From: Octopus vulgaris | Lineage: Eukaryota | Direction: 5' to 3' | DNA length: 64,000 nucleotides | Assembly (NCBI GenBank): GCA_951406725.2 | Contig: OX597821.1 | Location: 86,738,001-86,802,000, forward strand | Shown: positions 33,521-48,500 of the stretch, one piece after another | Layout: every line of letters starts with the position of its first letter | Position numbering within the stretch: the first letter of the stretch is position 1 | Notes under the pieces: generated by a model | What the model was told of the DNA's origin: nothing | Database searches by the model: none | What the model saw: only the letters and a program-made list of their open reading frames with translations | Made by a program: the position numbers and the translations under genes

Positions 33521-36500
33521 TGTTTGCTATTTTGGTAGGCTATTTGGGTTTGCTATTAGTGTTGGCTATTTGGCTTAGAAATTTGGCTAGGCTATTTGGC
33601 TAGGCTATTTGGGTTGGCTATTTGTGTTTGATATTTGGGTTGGCTATTTGGGTTGGCTATTTCGGTTTGCTATTTGTGTTTCCTATTTGGGTTGGATAGT
33701 TGGCTTGGCTATTTGGGGTGGATAGTTGACTTGGCTATTTGGGTTCGCTATTTTGGTTGGCTATTTCGGTTGGCTATTTGGGTTAGCTATATGGCTTGAC
33801 TATTTGGGTCGGCTATTTGGGTTTGCTATTAGTGTTGACTATTTGGCTTAGCTATTTGGCTACGCTATTTGGGTAGGTTATTTGGGTTGGCTATTTGGGT
33901 TAGCTATTTGAGTTGGCTATTTGGATTGGCTTTTTGGGTTGGCTATTTGGCTAGGCTATTTGGGTTGGCTATATGTGTTTGCTATTTGGTTTGGCTATTT
34001 GGGTTTGCTTTTTGGCTTGGCTATTTGGCTTGGCTTTTCGGGTTGGCTATTTGGGTTTGCTATTTGGGTTGGATATTTTGCTTGACTATTTGGCTTGGCT
34101 TTTGGCTTGGCTACTTGGGTTGGCTGTTTGGGTTGGCTATTTGGGTTGGCTATTTGGCTTTGCTATTTGTGTTGGCTATTTGGGTTGGCTATTTGGCTTT
34201 GCTATTTGTGTTGGCTATTTGGGTTGGCTTTTTGGGTTAACTATTTGGGTTGGCTATTTGGCTTTGCTCTTTGGGTTGGCTATTTGGGCTTCCTATTTGG
34301 GTTGGCTATTTGGCTTGGCTATTTGGCTTGGCTTTTTGCCTTGTCTATTTTTGTTGGTCATTTGGCTTGGATTTTTGGGTTGGCTATTTGTGTTTGCTAT
34401 TTGGGTTGGCTATTTGTGTTTCCTATTTGGGTTGGATAGTTGGCTTGGCTATTTGGCTAGGCTATTTGGGTTGGCTATTTGGGTTTGCTATTAGTGTTGG
34501 CTTTTTGGCTTAGCTATTTTGCTAGTCTATTTGGGTAGGTTATTTGCGTTGGCTATTTGGGTTAGCTATTTGAGTTGGCTATTTGGATTGGCTTTTTGGG
34601 TTGGCTATTTGGCTAGGCTATTTTGGCTGGCTATTTGTGTTTGCGATTTGGGTTGGCTATTTGGGTTTGCTTTTTGGCTTGGCTATTTGGCTTGGCTATT
34701 TGGGTTGGCTATTTGGGTTAGCTATTTGGCTTGGCTATATGGGTTGGCTATTTGGGTTTGCTATTAGTGTTGGCTATTTGGCTAGGCTATTTGGGTTGGC
34801 TATTTGTGTTTGCTATTTGGGTTGGCTATTTGTGTTTGCTATTTGGGTTGGCTAATTGGGTTTGCTATTTGGGTTTGCTATTTGGGTTTGTTATTTGTGT
34901 TTCCTATTTGGGTTGGAAAGTTGGCTTGGCTATTTAGATTGGCTCTTTGGGTTGGCTATTTGGGTTGGCTATTGGGGTTAGCTATTTGGCATGACTATTT
35001 GGGTTGGATATTTGGGTTTGCTATTAGTGTTGGCTATTTGGCTTCGCTATTTAGCTAGGCTATTTGGGTAGCTTATTTGGATTGGCTATTGGGGATAGAT
35101 ATTTGAGTTGGCTTTTTGGGTTGGCTATTTGTGTTTGCAATTTGGGTTGGCTATTTGGCTTGGATTTCGGGTTGGCTATTTGGGTGTGCTATTTGGGGTG
35201 GCTATTTTGCTTGACTAGTTGGTTTGATTTTTTGGGATTGCCATTTGGGTATGCTCTTTAGGTTGTCTATTTTGGTTTGCTTTGCTATTTGGCTTGGCTA
35301 TTTGGGAATACTATCTTTGCTCGCTATTTGGCTTGGCTATTTGGCCTGGCTATTTGGGTTGCCTATTTTGGTTGGCTATTTGGGTTAGCTATTTGGGTTG
35401 GCTATTTGGGTTGCCTATTTCGGTTTGCTATTAGTGTTGGTTATTTGGCTTAGCTATTTGGCTAGGCTATTTGTGTTAACTATTTGTGTTTGCTATTTGG
35501 GTTGGCTATTTGGGTTTGCTATTTGGGTTAGCTTTTATGGTTGGCTATTTGGTTTGCCTATTTGGGTTGTCTATTAGGGTTGGCTATTTGGCTTGGCTAT
35601 TTGGGTTGGCTGTTTCGGTTGGCTATTTGGGTTTACTCTTTGGCTTAACTATTTGGCTTGTCTATTTGGGTTGGCTATTTGCGTGTGCTTTCTGGGATGG
35701 CTTTTTGGCTTAGCTATTTGGCTAGGTTTTATTTCGGTTGGCTATTTGGGTTAGCTATTTGAGTTGGCTCTTTGGATTTGCTTTTTAGGTTGACTATTTG
35801 GCTAGGCTATTTGGGTGGGCTATTTGTGTTTGCTGTTTTTGTTGGCTATTTTGGTTTGCTATTTGGCTTGGCTATTTGGGTTGGCTATTTGGGTTGGCTA
35901 TTTGTGTTTGCTATTTGGTTTGGCTATTTGGCTTGCCTATATGGCTTGGCTATTTGGCTTGGGTATTTTGGTTTGCTATTTGGCTTAGCATTTGGCTAGG
36001 AAATTTGGCTTGGCTTTTTGGCTTGGCTATTTGGCTAGGTTATTTGTGTTGGCTATTTGTGTTTGCTGTTTTTGTTGACTTTTTTGGTTTGCTATTTGCC
36101 TTGGCTATTTGGGTTGGCTATTTGTGTTTGCTTTTTGGTTTGGCTATTTGGCTTGCCTATATGGCTTGGCTATTTGGCTTGGGTATTTTGGTTTGCTATT
36201 TGGCTTGGCTATTTGGGTTGGCTATTTGAGTATGCTATTTGTGTTGGCTATTTGGCTTAGCATTTGGCTAGGAAATTTGGCTTGGCTTTTTGGCTTGGCT
36301 ATTTGGGTGGGCTATTTGGGTTGGCTATTTGGGTTAGCTATTTGGCTTGGCTATTTGGCTTGGCTATTTTGATTGGCTATTTGGGTGTGCTATTTTGGTT
36401 GGCTATTTTGCTTGGCTATTTGGTTTGCTTATTTGGGTTTGCTATTTGGGTATGCTATTTAGGTTGGCTATTTGGGTTTCCTATATGGGTTGGATAGTTG

Positions 36501-39500
36501 GCTTGGCTTTTTGGCTATTTGGGTTGGCTATTTGGGTTAGCTACTTGGCTTTACTATTTGCGTTGGCTATTTGGGTTTGGTATTAGTGTTGGCTATTTGG
36601 CTTAGCTATTTGGCTAAGCTATTTGGGTAGGTTATTTGGGTTGGCTCTTTGGGTTAGCTATTTTAGTTGGCTATTTCGATTGGCTTTTTGGGTTGGCTAT
36701 TTTGCTAGGCCATTTGGGTTGGCTATTTTGCTAGGCCATTTGGGTTCGCTATTTGTGTTTGCCTTTTTGGTTGGCTTTTTGTGTTTCCTATTTGGGTTGG
36801 ATAGTTGGCTTGGCCATTTGGCTAGGCTATTTGGGTTGGCAATTTGGGTTTGCTTTTTGGGTTGGCTATTTGGGTTGGCTATTTGGGTTGGCTATTTGTG
36901 TTGGCTATTTGGGTTAGCTATTTGGCTTGGCTATATGGGTTGGCTATTTGGGTTTGCTATTAGTCTTGGCTATTTGGCTTAGGTATTTGGCTACGCAATT
37001 TGGGTTGGCTATTTGTGTTTGCTCTTTGTGTTGGCTATTTGTGTTGGCTATTTGGGTTTGCTATTTGGGTTTGCTATTTGGTTGGCTATTTGTGTTTCCT
37101 ATTTGGGTTTGATAGTTGGCTTGGCTATTTGGGTTGGCTATTTGGGTTAGCTATTTGGCTTGACTATTTGGGTTGGCTATTTGGGGTTGCTATTAGAGTT
37201 GGCTATTTGGCTAGGCTATTTGGGTAGGTTATTTGGGTTGGCTATTTGGGTTGGCTATATGTGTTTGCTATTCGGGTTGGCTATTTGGGTTTTCTTTTTG
37301 GCTTGGCTATTTTGCTTGGTTTTCGGTTTGGCTTTTTGGGTTGGCTATTTGGGTTTGCTATTTAGGTTGGCTATTTTGGTTTGCTATTTCGCTTGGCTAT
37401 TTGGAAATACTATCTTTGTTGGCTAATTGGCTTGGCTATTTGGGTTGTCTATTTGGGTTGGCTAATCCGGTTTGCAATTAGTGTTGGTTATTTGGCTTAG
37501 CTATTTGGCAAGGTTATTTGTGTTGCCTATTTGTTTTTTCCATTTGGGATGGCTGTTTGGGTTGGCTATTTGGGTTTGCTTTTATGGTTGGCTGTTTCGG
37601 TTGGCTATTTGGGTTAGCTATTTGGGTTGGCTATTTGGGTTGGCTAATTCGGTTTGCTATTAGTTTGGCTTTGGCTTACTATTTGGCTAGGCTATTTGTG
37701 TTGCCTATTTGTGTTTGCCATTTGGGTTGGCTATTTGTCTAGGCTATTTGGGTTTGCTATATGTGTTTGCTAATCGGGTTGGCTATTTTTGGCTATTTTG
37801 CTTGGCTTTTCGGGTTGGCTATTTGGGTTTGCTATTTTTGTTGCCTATTTGTGTTTGCTATTTGGGTTGGCAATTTGCGTTGGCTATTTGGTTTGGGTTT
37901 TGGGTTTGCTATTTTGGTTGGCTTTTATGGTTGGCTGTTTCGGTTGGCTATTTGGGTTTACTCTTTGGCTTGACTATTTGGCTTGTCTATTTGGGTTGGC
38001 TATTTGCGTGTGTATCTTGGGATGGCTATTTGGCTTAGCTATTTGGCTATGTTTTTTTCGGTTGGCTATTTGGTTTAGCTATTTGCGTTGGCTCTTTGGA
38101 TTTGCTTTTTGGGTTGACTACTTGGCTAGGCTATTTGGGTTGGCTATTTGTGTTTGCTGTTTGGGATGGCTATTTTGGTTTGCTATTTGGCTTGGCTATT
38201 TGTGTTTGCTATTAGTGCTTGCTATTTGGCTTGGCTATTCGGCTCGGCTTTTTGGGATGGCTATTTGGGTTAGCTATTTGGGTTTGCTATTTGGTTTGGC
38301 TATTTGGGTTGGCTATTTGTGTTTGCTTTTTGGTTTGGCTATTTGACTTGCCTATATGGCTTGGCTATTTGGCTTGGGTATTTTGGTTTGCTATTTGGCT
38401 TCGCTATTTGGGTTGGCTATTTGAGTATGCTATTTGTGTTGGCTATTTGGTTTAGCATTTGTCTAGGAAATTTGGCTTGGCTATTTGGCTTGGCTATTTG
38501 GGAGGGCTATTTGTGTTGACTATTTGGGTTAGCTATTTGGCTTGGCTATTTAGCTTGGCTATTTTGGTTGGCTACTTGTGTTTGCTATTTTGGTTGGCTA
38601 TTTTGCTTGGCTCTTTGGTTTGCTTATTTGGGTTTGCTATTTGGTTATGCTATTAGGGTTGGCTATTTGTGTTTCCTATTTGTGTTTCCAAGTTGGCTTG
38701 ACTATTTGGCTAGGCTATTTGTGTTGGCTATTTGGGTTGGCTATTTTGGTTAGCTATTTGGCTTGAATATTTGGGTTGGCTATTTGGGTTTGCTATTAGT
38801 GTTGGCTATTTGGCTTAGCTATTTGGCTAGGCTATTTGTGTATGTTATTTGGATTGGCTTTTTGGGTTGGCTATTTGGCTAAGCTATTTGGGTTTGCTAT
38901 TTGTGTTTGCTTTTTGGGATGGTTATTTGTGTTTCCTATTTGGGTTGGATAGTTGGCTTGGCTATTTGGCTAGGCTATTTGGGTTGGCTTTTTGGGGTGG
39001 CTATTTGGGTTAGCTATTTGGCTTGACTATTTGCGTTGGCTATTTGGGTTTGCTATTAGTGTTGGCTATTTGGCTTAGCTATTTGGCTAGGCTATTTGGG
39101 TAGGTTATTTGGGTTGGCTATTTGTGTTAGCTATTTGAGTTGGCTATTTGGCTTGGCTTCTTGGGTTGGCTATGTGGCTAGGCTATTTGGGTTGGCTGTT
39201 TGTGTTTGCTTTTGGGGTCGGCTATTTGGGTTTGCTTTTTGGGTTGGCTATTTCGGTTGGCTATTTGGGTTAGCTATTTGGCTTGGCTATATGAATTGGG
39301 TTTTGGGTTTGCTATTAGTGTTGGCTATTTCGCTTAGCTATTTGGCTAGGCTATTTGGGTTCGCTATTTGTGTTTGCTATTTGTGTTGGCTATTTGGGTT
39401 GGCTATTTGGGTTTGCTATTTGGGTTTGTTATTTGGTTGGCTATTTGTGTCTCTTATATGGGTTGGATAGTTGGCTTGGCTACTTTGGTTGGCTATTTGG

Positions 39501-42500
39501 GTTGGCAATTTGGGTTAGCTATTTGGGTTGACTATTTGGGTTGGCTATTTGGGTTTGCTATTAGTGTTGGCTATTTCGCTTAGCTATTTGGCTAGGCTAT
39601 TTGGGTAGGTTAATTGGGTTGGCAATTTGGGTTAGCTATTTGAGTTGGCTATTTGAATTGGCTTTTTGGGTTGGCTATTTGGCTAGGCTATTTGGGTTGG
39701 CTATTTGTGTTTGCTTTTTGGGTTGGCTATTTGTGTTTCCTATTTGGGTTGGATAGTTGGCTTGGCTATTTGGCTAGGCTATTTGTGTTGGCTATTTGGC
39801 TTAGCTATTTGGCTAGGCTATTTAGGTAGGTTATTTGGGTTGGCTATTTGGGTTAGCTATTTGAGTTGGCTATTTGGATTGGCTTTTTGGGTTGGCTATG
39901 TGGCTAGGCTATTTGGGTTGGCTATGTGGCTAGGCTATTTGGGTTGGCTATGTGTGTTTGCTTTATGGGTTGGCTATTTGGGTTTGCTTTTTGGCTTGGC
40001 TATTTGGGTTGGCTATGTATGTTGGCATTTTTTGTTGGCTATTTGTGTTTGCTATTTGGTTGGCTATTTGTGCTTCCTATATGGGTTGGATAGTTGGCTT
40101 GGCTATTTGGGTTGACTATTTAGGTTGACTATTTTGGTTGGCTATTAGTGTTGGCTATTTCGCTTAGCTATTTGGCTAGGCTATTTGGGAAGGTTATTTG
40201 GGTTGGCTATTTGGGTTAGCTATTTTAGTTGGTTATGTGGATTGGCTTTTTGTGTTGGCTATTTGGCCAAGCTATTTGGGTTGGCTATATCTGTTTGCTA
40301 TTCGGGTTAGCTATTTGGGTTTTCTTTTTGGCTTGGCTTTTTTTTGGCTTTTGGGGTTGGCTATTTGTGTTTGCTATTCGTGTTGGCTATTTTGCTTGGC
40401 TATTTGTTTTGCTTTTTTGGGATTGCTATTTGGGTTTGCTATTTAGGTTGGCTATTTTGGTTTCCTCTTTGGCTTGGCTATTTGGGTACACTATATTTAT
40501 TGGCTATTTGGCTTGGCTATTTGGGTTGTCTATTTGGGTTGGCTATTTGGGTTGGCTATTTGGGTTAGCTATTTGGTTTGGATTTTTGGGTTGGCTAATC
40601 CGGTTTGCTATTAGTGTTGGTTATTTGGCTTAGCTATTTGGCTAGGCTATTTGTGTTGCCTATTTGTGTTTGCTATTTGGGTTGGCTTTTTGGGTTTGCT
40701 ATTTGGGTTGGCTTTTATGGTTGGCTGTTTCGGTTGGCTATTTGGGTTTACTCTTTGGCTTGACTAATTGGCTTGTCTATTTGGGTTGGCTATTTGCGTG
40801 TGAATTTCGGATGGCTATTTGGTTTATCTATTTGGCTAGGTTTTTTTCGGTTGGCTATTTGGGTTAGCTATTTGAGTTGGCTCTTTGGATTTGCTTTTTG
40901 GGTTGACTATTTCGCTAGGCTATTTGGGTTGGCTACTTTTGTTTGCTCTTTGGGTTGTCTATTTTGGTTTGCTATTTGGCTTGGCTATTTGTGTTTGCTA
41001 TTACTGTTTGTTATTTGGCTTGGTTATTTGGCTCGGCTTTCTTGGTTGGCTATTTGGCTTGCCTACATGGCTTGGCTATTTGACTTGTCTATTTTGGTTG
41101 CCTATTTGGCCTGGGTATTTTGGTTTGCTATTTGGCTTGGCTATGTGAGTATGCTATTTGTGTTTGCTATTTGGCTTAGCATTTTGCTATTAAATTTGGC
41201 TTGGCTATTTGGCTTGGCTATTTGGCTTGGCTATTTGGGAGGGCAATATGTGTTGGCTATTTGGCTTGGCTATTTTGGTTGGCTATTTGTGTTTGCTATT
41301 TTTGTTGGCTATTTTGCTTGGCTCTTTGGTTTGCTTATTTGGGTTTGCTATTTGGTTATGCTATTTGGGTTGGCTATTTGTGTTTCCTATTTGGGTTGGA
41401 TAGTTGGCTTAGCTATTTGGCTAGGCTATTTGGGTTGACTATTTGGGTTGGCTATTTGGGTTAGCTATTTGGCTTGACTAGTTGGGTTGGCTATTTGGGT
41501 TTGCTATTAGAGTTGTCTATTTGGATTAGCTATTTTCCTAGGCTATTTGGGCAGGTTATTTGGCTTGGCTATTTGGGTTAGCTATTTGAGTTGGCTATTT
41601 GGATTGGCTTTTTGGGTTGGCTATTTGGCTAGGGTATTTGGGTTTGCTTGTTGTGTTTGCTTTTTGGGTTGGCTATTTGTGTTTTCTATTTGGGTTGGAT
41701 AGTTGGCTTGGCGATTTGGCGAGGCTATTTGGGTTGGCTATTTTGGTTGGCTATTTTTGGGTTAGCTATTTGGCTTGACAATTTGCGTTGGCTATTTGGG
41801 TTTTCTATTAGTGTTGGCTATTTGGCTTAGCTATTTGGCTAGGGTATTTGGGTAGGTGTTTTGGGTTGGCTATTTGGGTTAGCTATTTGAGTTGGCTATT
41901 TGGATTGGCTTTTTGGGTTGGCTATGTGGCTAGGATATTTGGGTTGGCTATTTGTGTTTTCTTTTGGGATTGGCTATTTGGGTTTCGTATTTGTGTTGGC
42001 TATATGGCTAGGCTATTTGGGTTGGCTATTTAGGTTGGCTATTTTGGTTAGCTATTAATGGGTAGGCTATTTGGGTAGGTTATTATGGTTGGCTATTTGG
42101 GTTAGCTATTTGAGTTGGCTATTTGGGTTAGCTATTTGAGTTGGCTATTTGGATTGGCTTTTTGGGTTGGCTATTTGTTGGGTTGGCTATTTGTTAGGCT
42201 ATTTGGGTTGGCTATTTGTGTTTGCTTTTTGGGTTGGCTATTTGTGTTCCCTATTTGGGTTGGATAGTGGGCTTAGGTATTTGGCTAGGCTATTTGGGTT
42301 GGCTGATTGGGTTGGCGCTTTGGGCTTAGGTATTTGGCTTGACTATTGGTTTTGGCTATTTGTGTTTGATATTAGTGTTGGCTATTTGGCTTAGCTATTT
42401 GTCTGGCTATTTGGGTAGGGTATTTGGGTTGACTATTTGGGTTAGCCATTTGAGTTGGCTATTTGGATTGGCTTTTGAGGTTGTCTATTTGGCTTGGCTA

Positions 42501-45500
42501 TTTGAGTTGGCTATTTGGGTTAGCTATTTGGGTTGGCTATTTGGGTTCGCTAATCTAGTTTGCTACTAGTGATGGTTCTTTGGCTTAGCTATTTGACTAG
42601 GCTATTTGTGTTGCCTATTTGTGTTTGCTATTTGGGTTGGCTTTTATGGTTGACTGTTTCGGTTGGCTTTTTGTGCTTACTCTTTGGCTTGACTATTTGG
42701 CTTGTCAATTTGTGTTTGCTATTTGCGTGTGAATTTGGGATGGCTATTTGGCTTAGCTATTGGGTAGGTTTTTTTCGGTTGGCTATATGGGTTAGCTATT
42801 TGATTTTGCTCTTTGGATTTGCTTTTTGGGTTGACTATTTGGGGTGGCTATTTGTGTTTGCTGTTTGTGTTGGCTATTTTGGTTTGCTATTTGGCTTGGT
42901 TAATTGGCTTGGCTATTTGTGTTTGCTATTAGTGTTTGTTATTTGGCTTGGGTATTCGGCTCCGCTTTCTGGGTTTGCTATTTTGGTTGGCTATTTGGGT
43001 TTGCGTTTTGGCTTGGCTATTTGGGTTGGCTATTTGTGTTGGCTATTTGTGTTTGCTATTTGGCTTAGCATTTGGCTAGGAAATTTGGCTTGGCTATTTG
43101 GCTTGGCTATTTTGGTTGGCTATTTTGCTTGGCTCTTTGGTTTGCTTATATGGATTTGCTATTTGGTTATGCTATTTGGGTTGGCTATTTGTGTTTCCTA
43201 TTTGGGTTGGATAGTTGGCTTGGCTATATGGCTAGGCTATTTGGGTTTGCTATTTAGCTTGACTATTTTGGTTGGCTATTTGGGTTTGATATTAGTGTTG
43301 GCTATTTGGCTTAGATATTTCGCTAGGCTATTTGGGTAGGTTATTTGGGTTGGTTATTTGGGTTAGCTATTTGAGTTGGCTATTTGGATTGGCTTTTTGG
43401 GTTGGCTATTTGGCTAGGCTATTTGGGTTGGCTATTTGGGTTGGCTATTTGGGTTAGCTATTTGACTTGACTATTTGTGGTGGCTATTTGGGTTTACTCT
43501 TTGGCTTGACTATTTGTGTTGGCTATTTGGATTAGCTTTTTGGCTAGGCTATTTGGGTAGGTTTTTTGGGTTGGCTCTTTGGATTGGCTTTTTGGGTTGG
43601 CTATGTAACTAGGCTATTTGAGTTGGCTATTTTGTTGGCTATTTGTGTTAACTATGTGGGTTGGATAGTTTGCTTGGCTATTTGGGTTGGCTATTTGGGT
43701 TGGCTATTTGGGTTGGCTATTTGGGTTGGCTATTGGGTTAGCTATGTGGCTTGAATTTTTGGGTTGGCTATTTGGGTTTGGTATTAGTGTTGGCTATTTC
43801 GCTTAGCTACTTTGCTAGGCTATTTGGGTAGGTTATTTGGGTTGGCTATTTGGGTTAGCTATTTGAGTTGGCTATTTGGATTGGCTTTTTTGGGTTGGCT
43901 ATTTGGCTAGGTTTTTTGGGTTGGCTATTTGTGTTTGCTTTTTGGGTTGGCTATTTGGGTTGGCTATTTGGCTAGGCTATTTGGGTTGGCTATTTGGGTT
44001 GACTATTTGGGTTAGATATTTGGCTTGACTATTGGCGTAGGCTATTTGGGTTTGCTATTAGTCTTGGCTATTTGGCTTAGCTATTTGGCTAGGCTTTTTG
44101 GGTTGGCTATTTGGCTAGGCTATTTGGGTGGCTATTTGTGTTTGCTATTTGTGTTGGTTGTTTGGGTGGCTATTTGGGTTTGCTATTTGGTTGGCTATTT
44201 GTGTTTCCTATATGTGTTGGATAGTTGCCTTGGCTGTTTGTGTTGGCTATTTGGGTTGGCTATTTGGGTTGGCTATTTGGGTTGGCTATTTGGGTTGGCT
44301 ATTTGGGTTAGCTATTTGGCTTGACTATTTGTGTTTGCTATTTGAGTTTGCTATTAGTGTTGGCTATTTCGTTTAACTATTTGGCTAGGCTATTTGGGTA
44401 GGTTATTTGGGTTGGCTATTTGGGATAGCTATTTGAGTTGGCTATTTGGCTAGGCTATTTGGGTTGGATATTTGTGTTTGCTTTTTGGGTTGGTTATTTG
44501 TGTTTCCTATTTGGGTTGGATAGTTGGCTTGGCTATTTGGCTAGGCTATTTAGGTTGGATCTTTGGGTTGGCTATTTGGGTCAGCTATTTGGCGTGACTA
44601 TTTGCGTTGGCTATTTTGGTTTGCTATTAGTGTTGGCTATTTGGCTTACCTATTTGGCTAGGCTATTTGGGTAGGTTATTTGGGTTGGCTATTTGGGTTA
44701 GCTAATTGAGTTGGCTATTTGGATTGGCTTTTTGGGTTGGCTATGTGGCTAGGCTATTTGGGTTGGCTATTTGTGTTTGCTTTTTGGGTTGGCTATTTGG
44801 GTTTGCTTTTTGGCTTGGCTATTTGGGTTGGCTATTTGTTTGACTATTTTGGTTGGCTATTTGGGTTAGCTATTTGGCTTGGCAATATGGGTTGGCTATT
44901 TGGGTTTGCTATTAGTGCTGGCTATATGGCTTAGCTATTCGGCTAGGCTATTTGGGTTGGCTATTTGCGTTTGCTATTCGGTTGGCTATTTGTGTTTCCT
45001 ATATGGGTTGGTTATTTGGTAGGTCATTTGGCTTGGCTATTTGGGTTGGCTATTTGGGTTCCCTATTTTGGTTGGTTATTAGTGTTGGCTATTTGGGTTA
45101 GCTATTTGGCTAGGCTATTTGGGTAGGTTATTTGGGTTGGGTATTTGGGTTAGCTATTTGGATTGACTATTGGCGTTGGCTATTTGGGTATGCTATTAGT
45201 CTTGGCTATTTGGCTTAGCTATTTGCCCAGGCTATTTGGGTAGGTTATTTGGGTTGGCTATTTGGGTTAGCTATTTGAGTTTGCCATTTGGATTGGCTTT
45301 TTGGGTTGGCTATTTGGCTACGCCAGTTGGGTGGGCTATTTGTGTTTGCTTTTTGGGTTGTCTATGTGTGTTTGCTTTTTGGGTTGGCTATTTGTGATTC
45401 CTATTTGGCTTGGCTATTTGGCTAGGCTATTTGGGTTGGCTATTTGGGTTGGCTATTTGGGTTGGCTATTTGGGTTATCTATTTGGGTTGGCTATTTGGG

Positions 45501-48500
45501 TTATCTATTTGGCTTGACTATTTGCGTTGGCTATTTTGGGTTTGCTATTAGTGTTGGCTATTTGGCTTACGTATTTGGCTAGGCTATTTAGATAGGTTAT
45601 TTGGGTTGCCTATTTGGGTTAGCTATTTGTGTTGGCTATTTGGCTAGGCTACTTGGGTTGGCTATTTGTGTTTCCTATTCGGGTTGGATAGTTGGCTTGG
45701 CTATTTGAGTTGGATATTTGGATTGGCTTTTTGGCTTGGATGTGTGGCTAGGCTATTTGGGTTGGCTATTTTTGTTGGCTTTTTGGGTTGGCTATTTGGA
45801 TTGGCTTTTTGGGTTGGCTATTTGGCTACGCCATATGGGTTGTCTATTTGTGTTTGCTTTTTGGGTTGGCTATTTGTGTTTCCTATTTGGGTTGGATAGT
45901 TGGCTTGGCTATTTGGGTTTGCTATTTGGGTTGGCTATTTGGGTTGGCTATTTGGTTTAGCTATTTGGCTTGACTATTTAAGTTGGCTATTTGGGGTTTG
46001 CTATTAGTGTTGGCTATTTGGCTTACCTATTTGGCTAGGCTATTTAGATAGGTTATTTGGGTTGGCTATTTGGGTTAGCTATTTGAGTTGTCTATTTGGA
46101 GTGACTTTTTGGGTTGGCTATTTGGGTTGGCTATTTGGCTAAGCTATTTGGCTAGGCTATTTTGTTTGGCTATTTGGGTTTGCTATTTGGGTTGGCTATT
46201 TGGGTTGGCTGTTATGGTTGGCTGTTTCGGTTGGCTATTTGGGTTTGCTCTTTGGCTTGACTAATTGGGTTGGCTATTTGTGTTGACTATTTTGGTTGGC
46301 TATTTGGGTTAGCTATTTGGCTTGGCAATATGGGTTGGCTATTTGGGTTTGCTATTAGTGCTGGCTATATGGCTTAGCTATTCGGCTAGGCTATTTGGGT
46401 TGGCTATTTTGCTTGGTTATTTGGTTTCCTTATTTGAGTTTGCTATTTGGGTAAGCTAATTGGGTTGGCTATTTGATATTCCTATTTGGGTTGAATAGTT
46501 GGTTTGGTTATTTGGCTAGGCTATTTGGGTTGGCTATTTTGTTTGGCTATTTGGGTTAGATATTTGGCTATTTCGGTTTGCTATTAGTGTTGGCTATTTG
46601 GCTTAGCTATTTGGCTAGGCTATTTGGGTAGGTTATTTGGGTTGGCTATTTGGGTTAGCTATGTGAGTTGGCTATTTGGATTGGCTTTTTGTGTTGGCTA
46701 TTTGGCTAGTCTCTTTGTGTTGGCTATTTGTGTTTGCTTTTTGGTTTGGCTATTTGGGTTTGTTTTTTTGCTTGGCTCTTTGTGTTGGCTATTTAGGTTG
46801 GCTATTTTGGTTGGCTGTTTGGGTTAGCTATTTGGTTTTGCTATTAGTGTTGGCTATTTGGCTAGGCTATTTGGGTTGGCTATTTGGTTTTGCTATTAGT
46901 GTTGGCTATTTGGCTAGGCTATTTGGGTTGTCTAATTATGTTGGCTATTTGGGTTTGCTATTTGGGTTGGCTATTTGGGTTTCCTATTTGTGTTGGATAG
47001 TTGGCTTGGCTATTTGGCTTGACTATTTGGGTTGGCTATTTGGGTTTGCTATAAGTGTTGGCTAATTGGCCTTGCTATTTGGCTAGGCTATTCGGGTACG
47101 TTATTTGGGTTTGCTATTTGGGTATGCTATTTGGGTTGGGTATTTTGGTTTACTATTTGTCTTGGCTATTTGGGTTGGGTATTTGGATTGGCTATATAGG
47201 TTAACTATTTGGGTTGGCTATTTGGGTTGGCTATTTCGGTTTGCTATTAGTGTTGGTTACTTGGCTTAGCTATTTAGCTAGGCTATTTGGGTTGGCTATT
47301 TGTGTTTGCTATTTGGGTTGGGTAATTGTGTTGGCTATTTGGGCTTGCTACATGGGTTTGCTATTTGGGTTGGCTATTTGTGTTTCCTATTTGGGTTGGA
47401 TAGTTGGCTTGGCTATTTGGGTTTGCTATTTTGGTTGGCTATTTTGCTTGGTTATTTGATTTGCATATTTGGGTTTGCTATTTGGCTAGGCTATTTGGGT
47501 TGGCTATTTGGTTTGGCTATTTGGGTTAGCTATTTGGCTTGACTATTTGGGTTGGCTATTTCGGTTTGCTATTAGTGTTGGCTATTTGGCTTAGCTATTT
47601 GACTAGGCTATTTGGGTAGGTTATTTGGGTTGGCTATTTGGGTTAGCTATTTGAGTTGGCTATTTGGATTGGCTTTTTGTGTTGGCTATTTGGCTAGGCT
47701 CTTTGAGTTGGCTATTTGTGTTTGCTTTTTGGGTTGACTATGTGGGTTTGTTATTAGTGTTGGCTATTTGGCTTAGCTATTTGGCTAGGCTATTTAGGTA
47801 GGTTATTTGGGTCGGCTTTTTTGGTTAGCTATTTGAGTTGGCTATTTGGATTAGTTTTTGGGTTGGCTATTTGGCTAGGCTATTTTATTGGCTATTTGGG
47901 TTTGCTATTTGGCTTGGCTATTTGGGTTGGCTATTTGGGTTGGCTATTTGGGTTATCTATTTGGCTTGACAATATGGGTTGGCTATTTGGGTTTGCTTAT
48001 AGTGTTGGCTATTTGGCTTAGGTATTTGGCTAGGTTATTTGGGTTGGTTATTTTTGTTTGCTACTTGGGTTGGCTACTTGCGTTGGCTATTTGGATTTGC
48101 TATTTGGGTTTGCTATTTGGGTTGGCTATTTGTGTTTCCTATTTGGGTTGGATAGTTACCTGGGCTATTTAGGTTGGCTATTTGGTTTGGCTACTTGGCT
48201 TGGCTATTTGGTTTAGGTATTTGGCATGACTATTTGGTTTGGCTATTTGGCTTGCCTATATGGCTTGGCTATTTGCATTGCCTATTTGGCTTGGGTAATT
48301 TGGGTTGCTTTTTGGCTTGGCTATTTGGGTTGGTTATTTGAGTATGCTATTTGTGTTGGCTATTTGGTTTAGCATTTGGCTACGAAATTTGGCTTGGCTA
48401 TTTGGCTTGGCTAATTGGGAGGGCTATGTGGGTTAGCTATTTGGCTGGGATATTTGGCTTGGCTATTTTGGTTGGCTATTTGAGTTTTTCTATTTTGGTT